A stretch of 64,000 bases of DNA, from assembly GCA_051294375.1 (NCBI GenBank), contig CM119263.1, forward strand, positions 31,789,476 to 31,853,475. Direction: 5' to 3'. This stretch comes from Paraspadella gotoi (taxonomy: Eukaryota > Animalia > Chaetognatha). The notes under the pieces are model-generated. The model saw only the letters and a list, made by a program, of their open reading frames with translations, searched no databases and had not been told where the DNA came from. Made by a program: the position numbers and the translations under genes. Positions 57,613 to 64,000 of the stretch are shown here, piece by piece. Each line of letters starts with the position of its first letter. The stretch's first letter is position 1.

Positions 57613-60600
57613 TTGACTATTATATGAGTTATGACTCATTGAAATTCTGGCGACCGCATTTTTAACTGATCACGTGACTACCAAGTATAAAACCTAAGCA
57701 TCTCATAGTACACAACCTTTCTATCGAGTATTATCCCAAATTCTTAAATGATTAAGTTAAGCATTTAAGTGAGACAAGTCAACAGACCAACAGTTACTTC
57801 ACGAGTGATGGCGGCTAAACTTATAGGGGTCAGTTTCTGCTTTATGGTTTAAAAAAAAACGACTCTTTATTCTGGTCGTCGTTGGTCATAATCACGCTAG
57901 AATATTATTAATATAAATTAAACTAAATATTTTATTTAATCATCCAACTTATCAATTTACTCCTATTTTAGCTCATAATGTTTAAAATTTAAAACGGTCC
58001 CAATTTTAACGTGTCTCTATACACCATACTCATTGACATTTAAGGAAAAACTCATGGATTTTTATTGGCGAAATCGAGATAATATTTTATTCTGAGAATA
58101 ATAGTGACTGCGAGATCCACGCAGAAGTCCTGTTCAATTTTTTTCGCTGTCTCGAATCTTAGAGACTACTAGCGCTTCCTTTTGTTTTAAATAAATGTAT
58201 AAAGAAATGATAAAATTTCGATACATACTTATCAAAAATACACTGCGCAACTTGGGCTAATAAATAAGAACAGTCATTGCAATCTCAACTGTCATAAATG
58301 GCATGGATATTATTTCTGTAAGAATAAAAATCATCATCTTATAACTATCTAATCAAACGTTCTTTCGGCTCAAAAACTAAAATTATTTACCTTAAAGAAA
58401 AATGAACCAACTAAGAGTATTGTTCATTTATCGTGTTTTTTAAAATCTTAACAATACCAATGTTTTTTGAACAATTTTCGACAAAAGTTAAATTATTACA
58501 AGGTCATTGTAATTCTTATCACTGGGGGGAAAGGAGATTCCATCAAGGAATATGAAAAATATAATAATTGGATTTATAAAAAACCACGACACTTTGAAAA
58601 AAATATATATAAGTGGCGATGAACCTTGGATTATATTTTTTTTGGCTCTCTTTTCCGAGAGTGCCCCATTTCTGGGCTCTCTTTTCCGAGAAAGCCCCAT
58701 TCTGGGATCTCTTTTCCAAAAATGCCCTAATAATGTTATATTTATCAGAGAATTTAATTTTAAACCTTGATATATGTTTTTAATCTAAAAATCCCCAACC
58801 TTAATCCTTAACTTAAACTTAATCATAAACCCTAACCCTATTCACTAATTTTTAAACTTAACTCCTAACCTTAAATGCTGATCCCTAACCCTAATTACAA
58901 ACCAAGTCCCTAACCTAATCCCTAACCACTAATATAATAATTAACTTAAAAAACTATCCTAAATTTAATATTAAATGGGAATTCAAGGAAAATAACACCA
59001 ATTTTTTTTTGGACAAAGTTTAAATCAAAGCTGAACTTATGATTGAAATGTGCTCCGTGTATAAAGCTAAGAAAAACTATTATATTGCAAAACAGAATTA
59101 TAAAATTGGAACATGAAACAAAAAATAATTAATTTTTTCAAAAAATTAAGGATTTTTATCCTAAGCCTAAGCGACTTTGATTTAACCTTTTCCAATAACT
59201 AAAAAAAAAAAATTCTGTTAAATTAAGTGTTAAGGGTGAAAAACGGTTTAGGATCTTAATGATTTGAGGTTTTAACACAAGACACGGGTGACGGTATAAA
59301 ACACTAAAACATTTGCATTCCTTGAATGATACGCAAAGGAGGGAACTTTTGTTATCCTCTTGATAATAATAAACCTTTGTTTTAGAAAATCCACTTTACT
59401 AAAACAATAAAATATTTAAAAATATTTAGTTAAAAAGTAAAAATAACAATAATTAAAATTTAAAAAAATAAAAATTGTCTATAAAATATTAAAAAAAAAT
59501 TTTGTACCAAAAGAAAGATAAATTAAAAATAATATAAAGGCAGAATAATTTTTAAAATAATAAATTGAATGCAAAAAGTAAGAGAATAAATTTGTTTACA
59601 AAATTTTAAAAAGTTAAAAAAAACTAAAACCTTAATTAGATAAATTAGAAAATTAAGTTTTTTTACTTGCGTATGAAGTCGTGGCTTTTTACCCAATAAA
59701 TAAATGGCTCTTTTCCGGGAGTGCCACATTTTTATTTTATTATCTTAAAATCTAATTATAACCTCAACTTATATTCTTATAATCCAATGCCTAACCTTAA
59801 CCTAATCCTGAACCCTTATCCTAAATTTCTTAACATAAATCTCTAATATTCATAACGAACCAATGTCTTATTTTAATTATTAACCTTCTCCCTTACCTAA
59901 TTCCTAAACTTTAATTTTAACTAAAGAATTTAAATAAAAAAGGGGCGTTCGGAAAAAATAAAGCCATATAAATGTTAACCGATTGTTCTGTTTTTAATAT
60001 AAAAGATAAAAAGGTAATACTTTTAGCAATTGGATCATCAAAAAGTTTTACTCAACTTTTTACTTCATTTTTTTGCTCAATATCACAAAATAAATACCTA
60101 TTCGTATATACTGCTCTAAAATAACGTTAAGCTATCGGATAAACCATATAAAATATATTTTTCGTATTATCTTCAGGTTATAAAGCCCAAAGCGATTGTA
60201 GATACAGACAAAAAAGGTAGCAGCATAATGCGATACACCAGGGAATTGGCTAGTTATAACAGTGTGATTGGCAAATTACGGCATTACGGCTTTAACCACA
60301 ATTCTGCATACTTTTTTAATTGTTCAATGTTCATATAAAAAAGGAAATTTTTATAAACTTTTTTACAAGCAACGGTTATTGTTATTTAAAATAAGATCTT
60401 TACCTGTCGATAATTAATTACAGCTAACTGAATCAAAAAGAATATAAAATAGAATGTGAACAGAGATATGAAGATTCTCATTTATATGCTTTGTAAAATA
60501 TGTTTTAATTAATTTGAAATTATTTTAATGGTTAAAAACATTCAGTCTCTTTGTCCACATTTTGAATATATATTAAATGCTTATAAAATAATAATAGTAG

Positions 60601-60875
60601 AAGACATATTAAACCATATTAAGAATTGTATCACAATATCAGAAGACATGGCAACTTTTTAAATGAAATCGTAAAAGACGGATTAAAAAGTTTTATGAAG
60701 ATGTCGGAGATGAGTAATCCATTATGAAATTTTGGAACAATATATTATTTTTGTAAAATATAAATTGATATTGCCATGTTATATCTGGAACTGGGCCTCT
60801 GGAGTCATGACAAGAAGATTCTGCAAAAGTGAGCAAGTTGATGGCTGCAGATTTTTGCAGTTTTGCACAAGGACA

Positions 60876-63302
<2,427 letters not shown>

Positions 63303-64000
63303 CTGTAACAACAACAAGTTTGTTTAAAGTTTAATATTAAAAAACTTAAATTTTTAAAGGCAACCGAATTTAGCCAAGATCGGAGATGGTCAAATATTCG
63401 GGCCTCTTTTTATGTGGCATGAATCAAAATTTTAAAGATTTTAAAGATTTTTGGAATATATATATAGGATTTAAGATAAAATAATAAATATAACTAGATT
63501 AACATTAGGGTTTAAAAATTTTGATCTTAGCCAAACAGTGAATTTATATTTTATAAAATTGATTCAGTGAATCTAGAAAATGTAAAGAAAAAAAAATTCG
63601 GCCAAATAAAAAAAATGGCCAAAAAATTGGCTGGCAAGAATCAGAAGATTCTGAATAAAAGATTATCAATAAGAAATAGCAAGATTCAAAAGGGGAGCTG
63701 TAATACGTGTAGTTCCTACATTTAGATCCGTTAAATTGACCCGTAATTAATTAGCTTTATTTACATATATACAGGTTTTTTCCTATACACTGAGTCCGTC
63801 CAAACAATTAACCATAAAATTCGTCAAATTTTCTTTTTTTTAAAAGTGACATTTAATTCTTTTAAGTGCAAATAATATTTAAATTACTACCGATGATTTT
63901 CTCCTGAATGTGATCTGAAGGGGACAGAGAGAGGGAGAGAGAGAGAAAGATAGATAGGGAGAGAGAGACAGAGAAATGGAGACAAAAAAATTAAGGTTTT

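Noticed and set aside
63910-63925. DLKG motif of the PIP kinase
   Set aside because: It reads on the + strand, opposite to the gene, so it is coincidental.

Overview
AT-rich, microsatellite-rich eukaryotic (invertebrate animal-like) genomic DNA with several N gaps. Almost all ORFs in the supplied track are low-complexity artefacts. I reconstructed two spliced host genes by hand: a tincar-like multi-pass membrane protein gene on + (22 phase-consistent exons, 9917..54943, 5' exons not found) and the 3' part of a PIP4K2 (PI5P 4-kinase) gene on - (60876..63302). The introns hold a full-length but disrupted Ty3/Gypsy LTR retrotransposon (34144..40304, -, 4-bp TSD), a 3.8-kb foldback element, hAT and Tc1/mariner-type MITEs, Helentron/DINE-1-like elements and a LINE fragment. 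The main finding is a 672-bp non-coding LTR mini-retroelement at 25452..26123 (TRIM/retrozyme architecture: LTR-PBS-PPT-LTR, 4-bp TSD), with a solo LTR at 2506..2740. Each LTR carries a tRNA-derived Pol III promoter followed directly by a circularly permuted twister ribozyme. The ribozyme's P1 is reduced to a 6-nt palindrome, which suggests dimeric cleavage across the two LTRs and release of a ~436-nt RNA that could circularise. The neighbouring Gypsy element has similar PBS, PPT and TSD signatures and is a candidate helper. All calls are by eye, with no database searches or folding computations.
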